A stretch of DNA of 64,000 bases from an uncultured Acidobacteriota bacterium (GTDB lineage Bacteria > Acidobacteriota > UBA6911), in the NCBI GenBank assembly GCA_963843575.1, contig CAWJKZ010000013.1, positions 416,001 to 480,000 of the forward strand. The letters are read 5' to 3'. Below the pieces are notes generated by a model, which had not been told where the DNA came from, did not search any database, and saw nothing but the letters and a program-made list of their open reading frames with translations. A program made the position numbers and the translations under genes. Below are positions 40,912-52,011 of the stretch, piece after piece (within the stretch, counting starts at the first letter, position 1; the number at the start of each line of letters is the position of its first letter).

Positions 40912-41907
40912 TCACGGGGTAAAGCGCAGCACGCGCAGGCCGGATTCGCCGTCGGCCAGGAACACCAGGGTGGTGCCATCGGGTTGGTTTTCGGCGGCGA
41001 CCCCGAGGGAGGTCCCGGGGGTGGGGTGGCGCAGGACGACTTCCGGGTGGAGCGGGTCCGAGGCGTCGAGTACCGCCAGGCCGGCCTTCCAGTTGGCGAC
41101 GAAGATGTAGGGTCCTGCCCAGGCTACCCCGTGGGCCCAGCCGCCGGTTTCCGGGTGTGGCGGGTCGGCCGGGTTGAGCCCGAGGCCGTTGTGGGCGACG
41201 CGCCGCGGGCGGCCTCGCGCGTCGACGGAGATGACCGATACGCCGGCATGTCCTTCGGCGACGGCGACGAGGTTGCGGCCCTCGCCGCCAAAGGCGACCG
41301 AAATGCACGTGGCGGCGGTGGGGACGGTCCCGGCATCGACCGGTCGCGCCGGGTCGCGCACGTCGACGACGCGCAAGCCGTTGTTCCAGTCCGCCAGGTA
41401 GACGTAGTCGGCGCGCAGCTTGACGTCGTGGGCCCACCCGGGGGACGGAAGCCCGGCGAGTTCGGAGAGGCGGTCATGGCCGATCCTGGCGACGACGAGG
41501 CCGTGGAGGCCATAGGCGACAAACGCCAGGTCCCCGCGGGCGACGACGGCGTTGGCAATGTCACCGTTGGCGAGCCGCGCGCGCACCTCCCCCTGCTCGG
41601 ACACGAGGACGAGCCCCTCGAAGCGCGAGGCCAGCAGCGGCTGGTTTCCGTGGGGCGCCAGCGATATCACATCCGTGACCGGTGCGTGCACCACGGGGGA
41701 CGTCCAGCCCCGGCGGCGGTCGAAAACGGCGTAGCCCCCCTGCCGGTCTGCGACAAAAACCCGTTCGCGCTCGACCAGCACGTCGTGCGCCCACCCCCGG
41801 GTGTCGCAGACGGCCAGCTCCCTGAGCGAGGGGGCGGACGGGCGGGAGCAACCGGACGGGAGGGCGACGGCGCAGAGGATCAGAATCAGTAAGACGGGAG
41901 GCTTCAT
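40912..41907 (-). CDS. LVIVD-repeat lipoprotein
   Basis: Lipobox-like SGC; repeated [14 protein letters not shown] and [14 protein letters not shown] units. Confidence 0.85.
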   Translation of the reverse strand: MKPPVLLILILCAVALPSGCSRPSAPSLRELAVCDTRGWAHDVLVERERVFVADRQGGYAVFDRRRGWTSPVVHAPVTDVISLAPHGNQPLLASRFEGLVLVSEQGEVRARLANGDIANAVVARGDLAFVAYGLHGLVVARIGHDRLSELAGLPSPGWAHDVKLRADYVYLADWNNGLRVVDVRDPARPVDAGTVPTAATCISVAFGGEGRNLVAVAEGHAGVSVISVDARGRPRRVAHNGLGLNPADPPHPETGGWAHGVAWAGPYIFVANWKAGLAVLDASDPLHPEVVLRHPTPGTSLGVAAENQPDGTTLVFLADGESGLRVLRFTP

Positions 41908-41963
41908 CGCACAGACTCTACACTCGTCGCACACTTTCCGCACCTGCGCGGATTTGGCCACCA

Positions 41964-42090
41964 TGGCCAACGGCTGATTTCAACTCGGAGCGGGCCGAGG
42001 CGCCGCACTTCATATTCTCCCTTCGGGCCATGCCGATTCACTCTCCGTGGCCAACGGCTGATTTCGACCCGGAGCGGCGCCGAGGCGCCG
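41964..42090 (+). repeat. ~43-bp direct repeat pair containing REP hairpins
   Basis: TGGCCAACGGCTGATTTC(A/G)AC(T/C)CGGAGCGG..CCGAGGCGCCG at 41964 and 42048. Confidence 0.85.
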
Positions 42091-42174
42091 AGGATTTCGG
42101 GCCGGGGACGTAAGTCAAGCGCCGCACTCCACAGGTTGTCCGGGGCATGTTGCATCTGCTATTCTCCACGGGCC

Positions 42175-42660
42175 ATGGCGATTCGGAAATTGAAATCCTT
42201 CGAAGACATGCTGCGGATTCGGGCCGACATGCGGGGCCAGGGGAGAAAGTTCGTCTTCACCAACGGCTGCTTCGATATTCTGCACCTGGGCCACATCCGC
42301 TACCTGAACCTCGCCCGTGACCTCGGCGACTGTCTCGCCGTGGCGATCAACTCGGACAGGTCGGTACGGGAGATCAAGGGGGAGAACCGCCCCGTGATCC
42401 CGGAACTCGAGAGGGCGGAGCTGCTGGCCGCGCTGGCCTGCGTCGATTTCGTGCTGATTTTTGACGAGCCGACCCCCCAGTCCATGATCGACAGCCTCCT
42501 TCCGGACGTGCTGGTCAAGGGTGCGGATTGGGGCCCGAACGAAATAGTCGGCCGGGAGACGGTGGAGCGCGCTGGCGGCACGGTCCGCAGCATCCCGGTG
42601 GTCGAGGGGTGTTCGACGAGCGACATCATCCGTGCGGTGCTCGACCGTTTCTCCGGGTGA
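42175..42660 (+). CDS. rfaE2: D-glycero-beta-D-manno-heptose 1-phosphate adenylyltransferase
   Basis: [29 protein letters not shown]. Confidence 0.94.
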   Translation: MAIRKLKSFEDMLRIRADMRGQGRKFVFTNGCFDILHLGHIRYLNLARDLGDCLAVAINSDRSVREIKGENRPVIPELERAELLAALACVDFVLIFDEPTPQSMIDSLLPDVLVKGADWGPNEIVGRETVERAGGTVRSIPVVEGCSTSDIIRAVLDRFSG

Positions 42661-42748
42661 CGCCAAGGCGCCGGCCGGCGCGCGGAGGCGGCATGTCCGG
42701 TGCCCGGGGCGTGCTAGAATGAGAGATTTGGCAAACCCCGGGTAGACT

Positions 42749-45700
42749 GTGATCCATCTCAAAAAGAGATTCGAGGCAGCGCTGGCGAGCGACGCGTTCC
42801 GGCAGATCGCGTCGCGGCTGGGGGAATCGTGCCGGGTTCTCACCGTGTCGGGCCCGACCGGGGGCGCCCGGGCGCTGGTGATTGCGCATGCCATCCTTAC
42901 GGAGAACCGCACGACCGCCGTTTTGGTCTCCAGCGGGCCGGACGCGCAGAATCTTGTCCAGGAGCTGAACTTTCTTCTCGAGCTCCTGAGTCCCGCCCCG
43001 CCGCGTGTCGTACACCTGCCGGGGCTCGAGGTCGACCCTTACCGCGGCCTCTCGCCGCACCCCGAAATCGCCGCGGCGCGGGCGCACGCGCTGTGGCAGG
43101 TACTGCAGGACGGACCGACCGTGGTGGTAGCATCCGTGCGCGCCGCGGCAGTCCGGATGCACAGCCCGCAGCGTTTCCTGGCCAACTGCCTCGAGCTGAA
43201 GACGGGGGACGACTACTCCCCCGAGCTCGCCCGCGAGTTCCTGCGCGAGGCCGGGTACGTGGAAGACGACCCTGTCACCGAGCCGGGCGAATTCTCCGTC
43301 CGCGGCGGCATCCTCGACGTCTTCACGCCGCACCTCGACAACCCGGTGCGGCTCGAGTTTTTCGGCGATCGGCTCGAATCGCTGCGGGCCTTCGACGTGG
43401 AGAGCCAGCGCTCGGTCGCCGCGGCCAACGCGATTCAGATCATCCCGATGCGCGAGCAGGCCGCCGGCCCCGGGATCCTGAAACGCTGGGCGGAGGCGGT
43501 TCCCGGGCAATGGGGCGAACCGTTCATGCCCCATTTGCGCGAAGAGCTGGCGCTGGCGCATCAGGGCGAGCCCTTCCCCGGGTTCGAGTTCCTGCTTCCC
43601 GCGGTCGACCCGCTGGACCACACGCTGTTCGACTATCTCAAGGGCTGTCGCGTGATCGTCTGCGACCTGGAGGTGCTGGATGCCGGACTGCGCAAACATC
43701 ACACGGAGCTGTACGAACGCTACGTCGACCGCATCGAGGCGCACAAGCCCGTGCTGGCCCCGGACCGCATCTACGTCGGCGCGGACGAATTCCAGGCGGA
43801 TCTGCAGCGCGCGCCGCGCCTCCACGTCGACGAGCTCAGCGTCGAACACGACGGCGAGAGGCCGATCTACGTGGCGTCGCAGACGACGCGGAAATACCAC
43901 GGCAACATCCGCGACCTGATCTCCGACCTGGCGAAGTTCCGCGACGCGGGCGAAGAGCTCGTCTTCCTGTTCTCGAATCTCGGGCGCGCGGAACGCGTCG
44001 GCGACATCCTGCGCGAATACGACATCCCGGCCCAGCTTGTCCGCGGCGACGAGCCGCCCACGGGCGTTCCGGACGGGCACGCGATCCTGCTCGGGGTCGG
44101 TTTCATGCACGCCGGCTTCCACCTGCCGGCGGCCAACCTGCGGGTCCTTTCGGGGCAGGAGGTCTTCGACGAAGCCGAGGCGGTCGGGACACGGCGTCAC
44201 AAGGCGGCGCAACGCAACGTGTTCCTCTCCGATTTCAGGGACCTGAAGCCGGGCGACTACGTCGTGCACATCGACCACGGCATCGGCCAATTCCACGGGC
44301 TGCGGAATATCGGCCTCCAGGATGGTTCCAAGGAGTTCGTGCTGCTGACCTATCAGGACGACGCCCGGCTGTACGTCCCGGTGGAGCGCCTCGACCTCAT
44401 CCAGAAGTACAGCAACATGGGCGGTTCGCGCCCGACGCTCGACCGGCTGGGCGGCACGAGCTGGGAAAGGACCAAGACGCGCATAAAGAAGTCGATGCGC
44501 GACATGGCGGGCGAGCTGCTCAAGCTCTACGCCCAGCGACAGTTGGTCCCCGGGTTCGGCTTTTCACCGGACAGCGCCTGGCAGCAGGAGTTCGAGGACG
44601 CGTTCGAGTTCGACCTCACGACGGACCAGGTCGACGCGGTTTCGCGCCGTCAAGCTCGACATGGAGGCGCCGCGCCCGATGGACCGGCTGCTGTGCGGGG
44701 ACGTCGGGTACGGCAAGACGGAGGTGGCGATGCGGGCCGCTTTCAAGGCCGTGATCGACGGCAAGCAGGTGGCGGTCCTGGCCCCGACAACCGTGCTGGC
44801 CTTCCAGCACTGCAACACCTTCCGGCAGCGTTTTACGGCCTTCCCGGTGCGCATCCAGCTGCTTTCGCGCTTCCGCAACCCCAGGGAACAAAAACAGGTC
44901 ATCGGCGAACTCGAGGCCGGCCAGCTCGACATCGTCATCGGCACCCACAGGCTCCTTTCGAAGGACGTCCAGTTCAAGGACCTCGGGCTGGTGATCGTGG
45001 ACGAAGAGCAGCGCTTCGGCGTCACGCACAAGGAGCGGCTCAAGGCCCTGAAGACGCGCGTGGACGTCCTGACCCTGACCGCCACCCCGATCCCGCGCAC
45101 GTTGAATATGGCGCTCCTTGGCTTGCGGGACATGTCCACGATCGAGACTCCCCCGAAGAACCGTCTCGCCATCCAGACCTCGGTGGTCAAATACAGCGGC
45201 GATGTCATCCGCTCGGCCATCGAGCTCGAGCTGGCCCGCAACGGCCAGGTCTATTTCGTGCACAACCGCGTGGAGACGATCCACTCGGTCGCCGCCATGG
45301 TGCAGCAGCTCGTGCCGCGGGCGCGCATCGGGGTGGCCCACGGCCAGATGTCCGAACGGGACCTCGAACAGGTCATGCTCCGGTTCGTCCAGGACGAGCT
45401 CGACGTGCTCGTCGCGACCACCATCATCGAAAACGGCCTCGATATCCCGCGGGTGAACACGATCGTGATTAATCGCGCCGACCTGTACGGGCTGTCCCAG
45501 CTCTACCAGCTCCGGGGACGTGTCGGCCGCAGTGACCGGCGGGCATACGCCTACCTCCTGGTACCCTCCGACGAAGTCCTGTCGGAGGTGGCGCGCAAAC
45601 GTCTTGCGGCGATACGGGAATTCAGCGATCTCGGGACGGGATTCCGGGTGGCCGCGCTCGACCTCGAAATCCGCGGCGCGGGGAACCTGCTGGGCGGCGA

Positions 45701-46232
45701 GCAGCACGGCCACGTGGACGCGGTCGGGTTCGACCTCTACTGCCAGCTGCTCGAACACACCGTCGAAGAGCTGCGGGGCGAGAAGCCCGAGGAGGAGATC
45801 TCGACCAGCATCAACCTCAACCTCGACATCCGGATCCCGGAAGGATACGTCCCCGATTCGGGCCAGCGCCTGCGGATGTACAAACGGATTTCGTCGGCCG
45901 CGGATCCCTCCGAGCTCGATGCGCTCCGCCAGGAGATGGTCGACCGCTTCGGCCAGTACCCGGAGCCCGTCGAGAACCTGTTCCGATACGCCCGTCTCCG
46001 GCTGGAGAGCCGCGCGCTGCAGATCCAGGGCATCGAGCGGAACCGCAACCAAGTCCATTTCCGCTTCGCCGACCAGTCCCGGGTCAGTGCCCAGAAGCTC
46101 CTGAACCTCATCTCGCGCAATAAAGGAGCGACGTTTTCGCCCCAGGGGCTCCTCACCCTGGAGGTGGCGGACCCCACCCCCGCCCCCCTCTTCGAATCCA
46201 TTCACCGGGTCCTCAGCCAGATCCGCGCTTGA
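42749..46232 (+). CDS. mfd: Transcription-repair coupling factor (frameshift near 44645)
   Basis: [56 protein letters not shown] domain. Confidence 0.96.
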
Positions 46233-46689
46233 TCGAACGAGAGCGCGGGATCGCCCCCACCCCACGGACCCGCCGCGGGTCAGCAAGGGCCACCGATTGG
46301 GGCAAACCCCTGGCCGCTGCGATTCAGACAGTGCGCAGGCGACTCAAAGACGCACATCGCTGCGGACGCGGACGCAACGGCTGGCAAAGCTCCGGAGCAG
46401 GCGCCGGGTCGGCGGACACGGCGCGCACCGGAGCAAAGCGCGGTAGTCCGGCCTGGCACGAGACGTTTGCCGCCAGCCCACCCCAGGAGAACCAAGTCCA
46501 GAGCGCCCCGTCGAGCTTTGCACACGGCGTCAACGGATCATAGAGGATCTGCGCGGGCTTTCTGCAAGAACTTGCAGGAAGGCTACAACGAGAATCCGCG
46601 TAGGAAGTTTGCAGGATCCGGTCGCTGAATCGCAGCCGTGGCCTGAGCACGCGGAGTGATCGACAAGACTGTTGTGTTATTATAATGAT

Positions 46690-47710
46690 TGGCGATTTTC
46701 AAGTCGGCACCAGGGGAGGCCGATATCCGTTTAACCAGAGGCTGGGCAGCAACAACCTGCACTCGCGTTCCTGGTGTACGCAGGCACGGGGTGTGGTACG
46801 GGCGAGAGACTGCTCAGCCTGCTGCGCGGCGATAAGCCCCGCACCATAGCGGTCCGGGTGGGAGGCAGCGTCTACAGCAGCGCGGAGCTCGACCGCTTCT
46901 TCGATAACCGGCTCAGCGAGTTCCGCGATCCCGCCGAGGCCGACAAGGTCAAGTCGAATCTCCTCGAGACTTTTATCGAGGAAAGACTCCTGCTGGAGAG
47001 GGCGCGGCAGCTGAAGATCGAGCCCAATCAGGCGGCGGTCAGGGAAATGCTGGAAAAAATCGCCGAGTCCTCCCGACGAGCGCGCAGCCTCGCAGACCGA
47101 ACCCGGACGCGACGCCGAACTCGAGCGGAGCGTCTCGGAGAATCTCAGGATCCAGCTGTATCTGCACGACCACCTGCTCAGGGACGTGGCGGTTACCGAA
47201 CCGGAGGGCGAGGCCTACTACAAGGAGCATCTCGCCGACTACGTGCGCAACGACATCGTGCGGCTCCGGGAGATCCTGGTGGACGACCCGGCGCAGGCCC
47301 AGAAAATCCAGACGCTGCTCGCGGCCAAGCGCTACAAGAACTTCGGCGAGTTGGCGCGCATCTACTCGAAGGCGAATAGCGCCGCCGAAGGAGGCGACCT
47401 CGGGACGTTCCAGCGGGGCGACCTGCCCGAGGAGTTCGAGAAAGTCGTCTTTTCTCTTCCTCCGGGAACCGCAAGCAAGATCGTCCGTACCAAGTACGGC
47501 TATCATCTGTTCCTGGTGGATGAGAAGATCCTGGCCCACCAGTTGAAGTTCTGGGAAGTCCGGGACGAGATCAACGAGAGGTTGCTCGGCGAACGTGAAC
47601 GCGAGATCATTAGGAAAGAGCTCGATTCGCTGGCGAAGCAGTTCACCATCGAGATTCACCGGGATCAACTTGGCTTTAAATACATCGGAGCCCGATTCTC
47701 TTCCCGATAG
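46690..47710 (+). CDS. SurA/PrsA-like peptidyl-prolyl isomerase (frameshifts; start uncertain)
   Basis: SurA-N-like IEERLLL; rotamase motifs GGDLGTF and TKYGYHLF; split between ORFs 46774 and 47186. Confidence 0.82.
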
Positions 47711-47722
47711 GAACCGACATCG

Positions 47723-48679
47723 ATGAACAATGTGCTTTCTACCATCCCCCTTCTCCTGCTCTTGAGCGGAGATGCCGCGGCGAAGATCGTCGACCGCATC
47801 GTCGCCCAGGTCAACGACGACATCATCACGCTTTCCGATATGAACCGGGAGATGGCGGACATCCGCCAGGACTTGGCCACCAAGTTCACCGGCACCCAGC
47901 TGGAAGACGAAACCAAGAAGGCCGAAAAGGAAGTCCTGGACCAGCTGATCCGCCAGAAGCTGCTGCTGCAGAAGGCAAACGAGCTCGGTTTCGGCTCCAA
48001 CATCGACGTTCAGGTGTCCGCCACCATCGAGCGGATACGCAAAGAGAACAACATCAAGGACATGACGGATTTTGAGCGCGCCCTCGCCCAGCAGGGGATG
48101 ACCCTGCCCCTGTTCCGCGACAAGATCAAGAAGCAGATCATCACCAACAGTCTCATCAGCGAATTCGTGGGGTCGAGGATCACCCTGCTCAGCCAGGAAC
48201 TCGAGAAATACTACCAGGAGCACATCAAGGAGTTCTCGAGCGCCGAAGAGGTGACGCTGAGCGAAATACTGATCCCGACTGCCGGGGACCCGGCCGAGGC
48301 GGCAGCCAAAGCCGACGAGATCGTCAAGAGGCTGGGCCAGGGAGAAGCTTTCGCCACCCTGGCAAACCAGTACTCCAAGGGCCCGACCGCCGGCAAAGGC
48401 GGCAGCATCGGAACCTATCTCACGGCGAAACTGAACCCGGAGATCGCCGCGGCCATCGCCCCCGTCAAAGAAGGCGACATCACCCCCGTCATCAAGGGAG
48501 CCGACACACTCGCGATCTACCGGGTCGACAGCCGCAAACCCACCCGGGCCCGGCCACTGGACGAGGTGCGCGACGAAATCCGCTCCCGCATTTACGAGAA
48601 GAAGTTCAATCCCGAGTTCGAGCGGTTCATCTCCCAGCTGAAAGAAGACGCCTACATTCAGATTTTTGCCGATAAGTAG
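47723..48679 (+). CDS. surA: SurA-family peptidyl-prolyl isomerase/chaperone
   Basis: IVDRIVAQVNDDIITLS, FATLANQYS, GGSIG. Confidence 0.88.
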   Translation: MNNVLSTIPLLLLLSGDAAAKIVDRIVAQVNDDIITLSDMNREMADIRQDLATKFTGTQLEDETKKAEKEVLDQLIRQKLLLQKANELGFGSNIDVQVSATIERIRKENNIKDMTDFERALAQQGMTLPLFRDKIKKQIITNSLISEFVGSRITLLSQELEKYYQEHIKEFSSAEEVTLSEILIPTAGDPAEAAAKADEIVKRLGQGEAFATLANQYSKGPTAGKGGSIGTYLTAKLNPEIAAAIAPVKEGDITPVIKGADTLAIYRVDSRKPTRARPLDEVRDEIRSRIYEKKFNPEFERFISQLKEDAYIQIFADK

Positions 48680-48699
48680 GGCTAGGAAGAGCGAGACCC

Positions 48700-48728
48700 T
48701 TGAGTCTTGCTGTCGCGGGGTTTAAAAT
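48700..48728 (+). promoter_or_regulatory. Sigma70-like promoter with no credible downstream CDS
   Basis: TTGAGT-N17-TAAAAT. Confidence 0.6.
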
Positions 48729-48734
48729 GGGAGG

Positions 48735-48858
48735 GTGTTTGCCAAGCTCGGTCTCGGATTGGTATCACATCACTCCAGAGATCCCTGGCATCGCGGGAAG
48801 GGACCGCGAATAACTCTTTTGCGATGTAACCCCAACTCGAGACCCGAGCTTGGATCAC
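48735..48858 (+). ncRNA. Candidate rod-shaped ncRNA, family unassigned
   Basis: Nested stems CCAAGCTCGG/CCGAGCTTGG, TCTCG/CGAGA, TTGG/CCAA, ACATC/GATGT and TCGCGG/CCGCGA, starting 7 nt after the -10 box. Confidence 0.5.
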
Positions 48859-49104
48859 GGGAAATTACGCTTTGTATTAATGCACTTCCCATGCCACTGG
48901 GCCCACACACACGCCTCTATTGACTAAACGCTGATTTAAAACAGCTTACCCATACACTGCCGGGCTTGCCGCCAAGAACGCGAGTCCAAAACGAACAATT
49001 TTTTGGATCTTCCTCATGGGATTTTTTGGAGTTCGGTCCCTTGGTTGGCCGTTTTTAAACCCGACCGCGTACTCCAATCCGGAAACCGGCCTGTAGGAGC
49101 GTGC

Positions 49105-49860
49105 TCAGAGTATCTCGTCCAGGTGGGTGGTCAGGAGGTGGGCGAGCTCAAACAGGCGACAGAACCCGTTCCGCACTTTCAGCATAGGATCCGCGGCGTG
49201 GTCTTCTTCTTCGAAGCGGGCGGCGATCTGGTCCACTTGGCCGCGGAGGTCGGGATCCGACAGGACGGCGAGGAGCTGGGCCATTTCGACGGTGCGGTAA
49301 AGGGCATTGACCAGTTGCGGCCACGGGGCTGCCGATGCGCCGGCGCCCGCGGCGAAGCGCTGATCGATGTGGCGAATCGCCGCGGCGAGCGAGCCGTCCT
49401 GGTCGAGTGCCATGGTCGTCAGACTGAGCAGGGGGAAGGTGGCGCGCATGGCCGACGCGGAGCGGGTGACCTGATCCGGGCCTTGCGTTGCGGTACGGAC
49501 CCGGTCGTCGATTCCCCGGATAAGAGCCTCCGCATCCATATTCCCGACCGTGAACTGGTGGGCGAGGGTGTTAGCGTGGTTGTAGAGGGTGAACGTGGCG
49601 TTAACCAGCCGGTCGTCGAAGGACTGCGCCCGCTCGCTCGCCTCGACGAAGTACCCGATGCGCTGCTCGATGAGGACCCGGTACTTGCGTTCGTGGTCCA
49701 GTATCAGGGTGAGCGCGCCGATCACCTCCGCGGCATGATAGGCGCCGACGACGATCTGTTCCTCGACGCTCCCCTCGTGCTCCGCGTATTGTTCGAGGTA
49801 CTGGCGCCAGAGGTGCATCAGGTGCGCGCCCGATTTTCCCTGCCCCGGCGGAAAGACCAT
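49105..49860 (-). CDS. Hypothetical all-helical repeat protein
   Basis: 251-aa ORF with GC-biased third codon positions and internal ~50-aa repeats. Confidence 0.75.
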   Translation of the reverse strand: MVFPPGQGKSGAHLMHLWRQYLEQYAEHEGSVEEQIVVGAYHAAEVIGALTLILDHERKYRVLIEQRIGYFVEASERAQSFDDRLVNATFTLYNHANTLAHQFTVGNMDAEALIRGIDDRVRTATQGPDQVTRSASAMRATFPLLSLTTMALDQDGSLAAAIRHIDQRFAAGAGASAAPWPQLVNALYRTVEMAQLLAVLSDPDLRGQVDQIAARFEEEDHAADPMLKVRNGFCRLFELAHLLTTHLDEIL

Positions 49861-49913
49861 GGGTGGATTATCCCTGCAAGACGCCCCTGTCTCAACTGCT
49901 ATAATCTATCCCA

Positions 49914-50927
49914 ATGTTCAGGATTCGCACCGTCGAGATCCACCCCCCGCTGATCCTCGCGCCGGTAGCCGGCCACACGGATACGCTCTTCCGCCAGGCC
50001 GTCAAGGGGCTTGGCGGGTGCGGGCTGGTGGTGTCGGAGCTCGTCAGTACGGAAGGGATGACCCGCAACCATGAGCACACCCGACACCTGACCCGCTTCG
50101 AGGAGTCCGAACATCCCGTGTCCATCCAGATCTTCGGCTCCGATCCCGCCCGGATGGCGGAATCGGCGCGAATGGTCGAGGGTATGGGGGCGGACATCGT
50201 GGACATCAATCTCGGGTGCCCGGTCAAGAAAGTGGTCAAGCAGGGAGGAGGGAGCAATCTGCTCCGGGACCTTCCGCTGCTGGAGTCGATCTTCAAGGCC
50301 GTGCGCGCGGCGGCGACGATCCCGCTGACGGTCAAGATCCGGATCGGCTGGGATCGGACCAGCATCAACGCGGTGGAGGTCCTGAAGGTGGCCGAGGCGT
50401 GCGGCGTGGAGGCCATTGCTGTTCACGGGCGCGCGCGGTGCGACCTGTTCTCGGGACAGGCCGACTGGTCGGTGATCGCGCGGGTCAAGGAACAGGCGAA
50501 GATACCGGTCATGGGCAATGGCGACGTCTTTTCGCCGGCCGACGCGGAGCGGATGTTCCGCCAGACCGGTGTCGATGGGGTGATGATGGGGCGCGGCGTC
50601 CTGGCGAATCCCTGGCTGATCCGCCAGTGCCACGACCATCTCGCAGGGAACACGGTCACCGCGGTGACGCAGGCTGAGAAGGGACGCTTCATACTGGACT
50701 TCCTGCGCCGGGTCGAGCGCGAGTTGCCGCAACCGGTTGCGCTCGGCAAGATGAAGAAGATGGGGGGATACCTTACCAAGGGCATCGCCGGAGGCGCGCA
50801 GCTGCGCGACCGGATCCACACCGCCCGCAGCGCCGGCGAACTTCTTGCCGCGCTCGAACAGCACTTCGCCATGGATTCAGAAGCGGAACTCACCCCGACC
50901 CGGCAGGCAGGGTCGACAGGCTTCTGA
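49914..50927 (+). CDS. dusB: tRNA-dihydrouridine synthase
   Basis: LAPVAG, DINLGCP, TVKIRIG, VHGR, GNGDV. Confidence 0.93.
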   Translation: MFRIRTVEIHPPLILAPVAGHTDTLFRQAVKGLGGCGLVVSELVSTEGMTRNHEHTRHLTRFEESEHPVSIQIFGSDPARMAESARMVEGMGADIVDINLGCPVKKVVKQGGGSNLLRDLPLLESIFKAVRAAATIPLTVKIRIGWDRTSINAVEVLKVAEACGVEAIAVHGRARCDLFSGQADWSVIARVKEQAKIPVMGNGDVFSPADAERMFRQTGVDGVMMGRGVLANPWLIRQCHDHLAGNTVTAVTQAEKGRFILDFLRRVERELPQPVALGKMKKMGGYLTKGIAGGAQLRDRIHTARSAGELLAALEQHFAMDSEAELTPTRQAGSTGF

Positions 50928-50953
50928 TCCGCGTCCAAAAAAACGTCAGGTGT

Positions 50954-51745
50954 TTAGTCGAGGCCGGTGGCGCGGCGGCGCCAGCCGAAGATCGCGGCGA
51001 TGCCGATGCTGACGAGGTAGAGGACGACCATGGGGGCCGCCCAGATCACGAGGTTGAAGGCGTCGCCCGTGGGAGAGAGCATCGCGGCGGCGGCGACGAT
51101 GATTACGATGGCGTAAGGGAACTTCGTCCAGAGGAACTTCGCGGAAACCAACCCGAACAGGGAAAGAAACGCCACGACCACAGGCATCTCGAAGACGAGC
51201 CCGAACCCGAGGATCATCGTGTTGGTAAGGTCGAGATATTCGTCGATCTTGATCACGGGCATGAAGTCTTCGCCTATCTTCAGGAGGAAACCGTAGGCCT
51301 GCGGCAGGACGATGTAGTAGCAGAAGGCTCCACCCCCGACAAACAGCAGGACCGATGAGACCAGGAACGGGACGATGTACCGCTTCTCCTTCCTGTAGAG
51401 GCCCGGGGCGATGAATTTCCAGACCTCATAGAGGGTAAACGGGATCGTCAGAAAGATTCCCGCGAGGAACGCGACCTTGATGTAGAGCGTGAACGGGTCG
51501 GTGGGGTTTGTGTAGGCGAGCTTGGTCCCGGCGGGAAGGGCCGTGGCCATCGGCGCCGCAAGAAACCGGTAGATTTCCTTGCAGAAATAAAACGAAGCGA
51601 CGAATCCAAGCCCGATATAGGAGGCAATCCGGACGAGGCGTTTGCGCAGCTCGTCCAGGTGCTCTAGGAAGGACATCTTGCCGGATTCTTCTTCCGGCTC
51701 AGGCGATCCGGCCACCTCCTCCAGCTCTGTGGTCGTACTGGTCAT
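50954..51745 (-). CDS. tatC: Twin-arginine translocase TatC
   Basis: MSFLEHLDELRKRL, FIAPGLY, FEMP. Confidence 0.96.
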   Translation of the reverse strand: MTSTTTELEEVAGSPEPEEESGKMSFLEHLDELRKRLVRIASYIGLGFVASFYFCKEIYRFLAAPMATALPAGTKLAYTNPTDPFTLYIKVAFLAGIFLTIPFTLYEVWKFIAPGLYRKEKRYIVPFLVSSVLLFVGGGAFCYYIVLPQAYGFLLKIGEDFMPVIKIDEYLDLTNTMILGFGLVFEMPVVVAFLSLFGLVSAKFLWTKFPYAIVIIVAAAAMLSPTGDAFNLVIWAAPMVVLYLVSIGIAAIFGWRRRATGLD

Positions 51746-52011
51746 TGAATCTCGTGAGTGCCAACGGAGGCATCCTTGAGAGTATCCGAAAGAGTATCCG
51801 AGGTATCCTTAAGGACTTCGGACATGGCCTCTTTTTCCTTCTCCAGGCGCACTTCTTCTTCCCAGGTTTGTTTCAGTTCGTTGGACGCCTTTTTGAATTC
51901 GGCGAGGCCCTTTCCCAGCGATTTTCCCAGTTCGGGGAGCTTGCGCGGACCGAACACTATAAGAGCGAGCACAAAAATGACTATGATTTCCTGCATTCCC
52001 AAGGAGCCCAT
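51742..52011 (-). CDS. tatA: TatA/TatB subunit
   Basis: EIIVIFVLALIVFGPRKLPELGKSLGKGLAEFK. Confidence 0.92.
   Translation of the reverse strand: MGSLGMQEIIVIFVLALIVFGPRKLPELGKSLGKGLAEFKKASNELKQTWEEEVRLEKEKEAMSEVLKDTSDTLSDTLKDASVGTHEIQ

Noticed and set aside
44630-44665. Programmed frameshift or natural split of mfd
   Set aside because: There is no slippery sequence, and similar indels occur throughout the window, so an assembly error is more likely.
46455-46470. Sigma54 promoter TGGCACG...TTGC
   Set aside because: GG and GC are separated by 12 nt rather than the required 10.
48735-48923. 62-aa ORF behind the orphan promoter
   Set aside because: The GTG coincides with the predicted transcription start and the peptide has no recognisable features; the RNA structure explains the region better. 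A leaderless peptide is not fully excluded.
51779-51808. Short tandem repeat in the tatA tail (GTATCC units)
   Set aside because: It encodes low-complexity SDTL repeats in a variable tail, which is ordinary.
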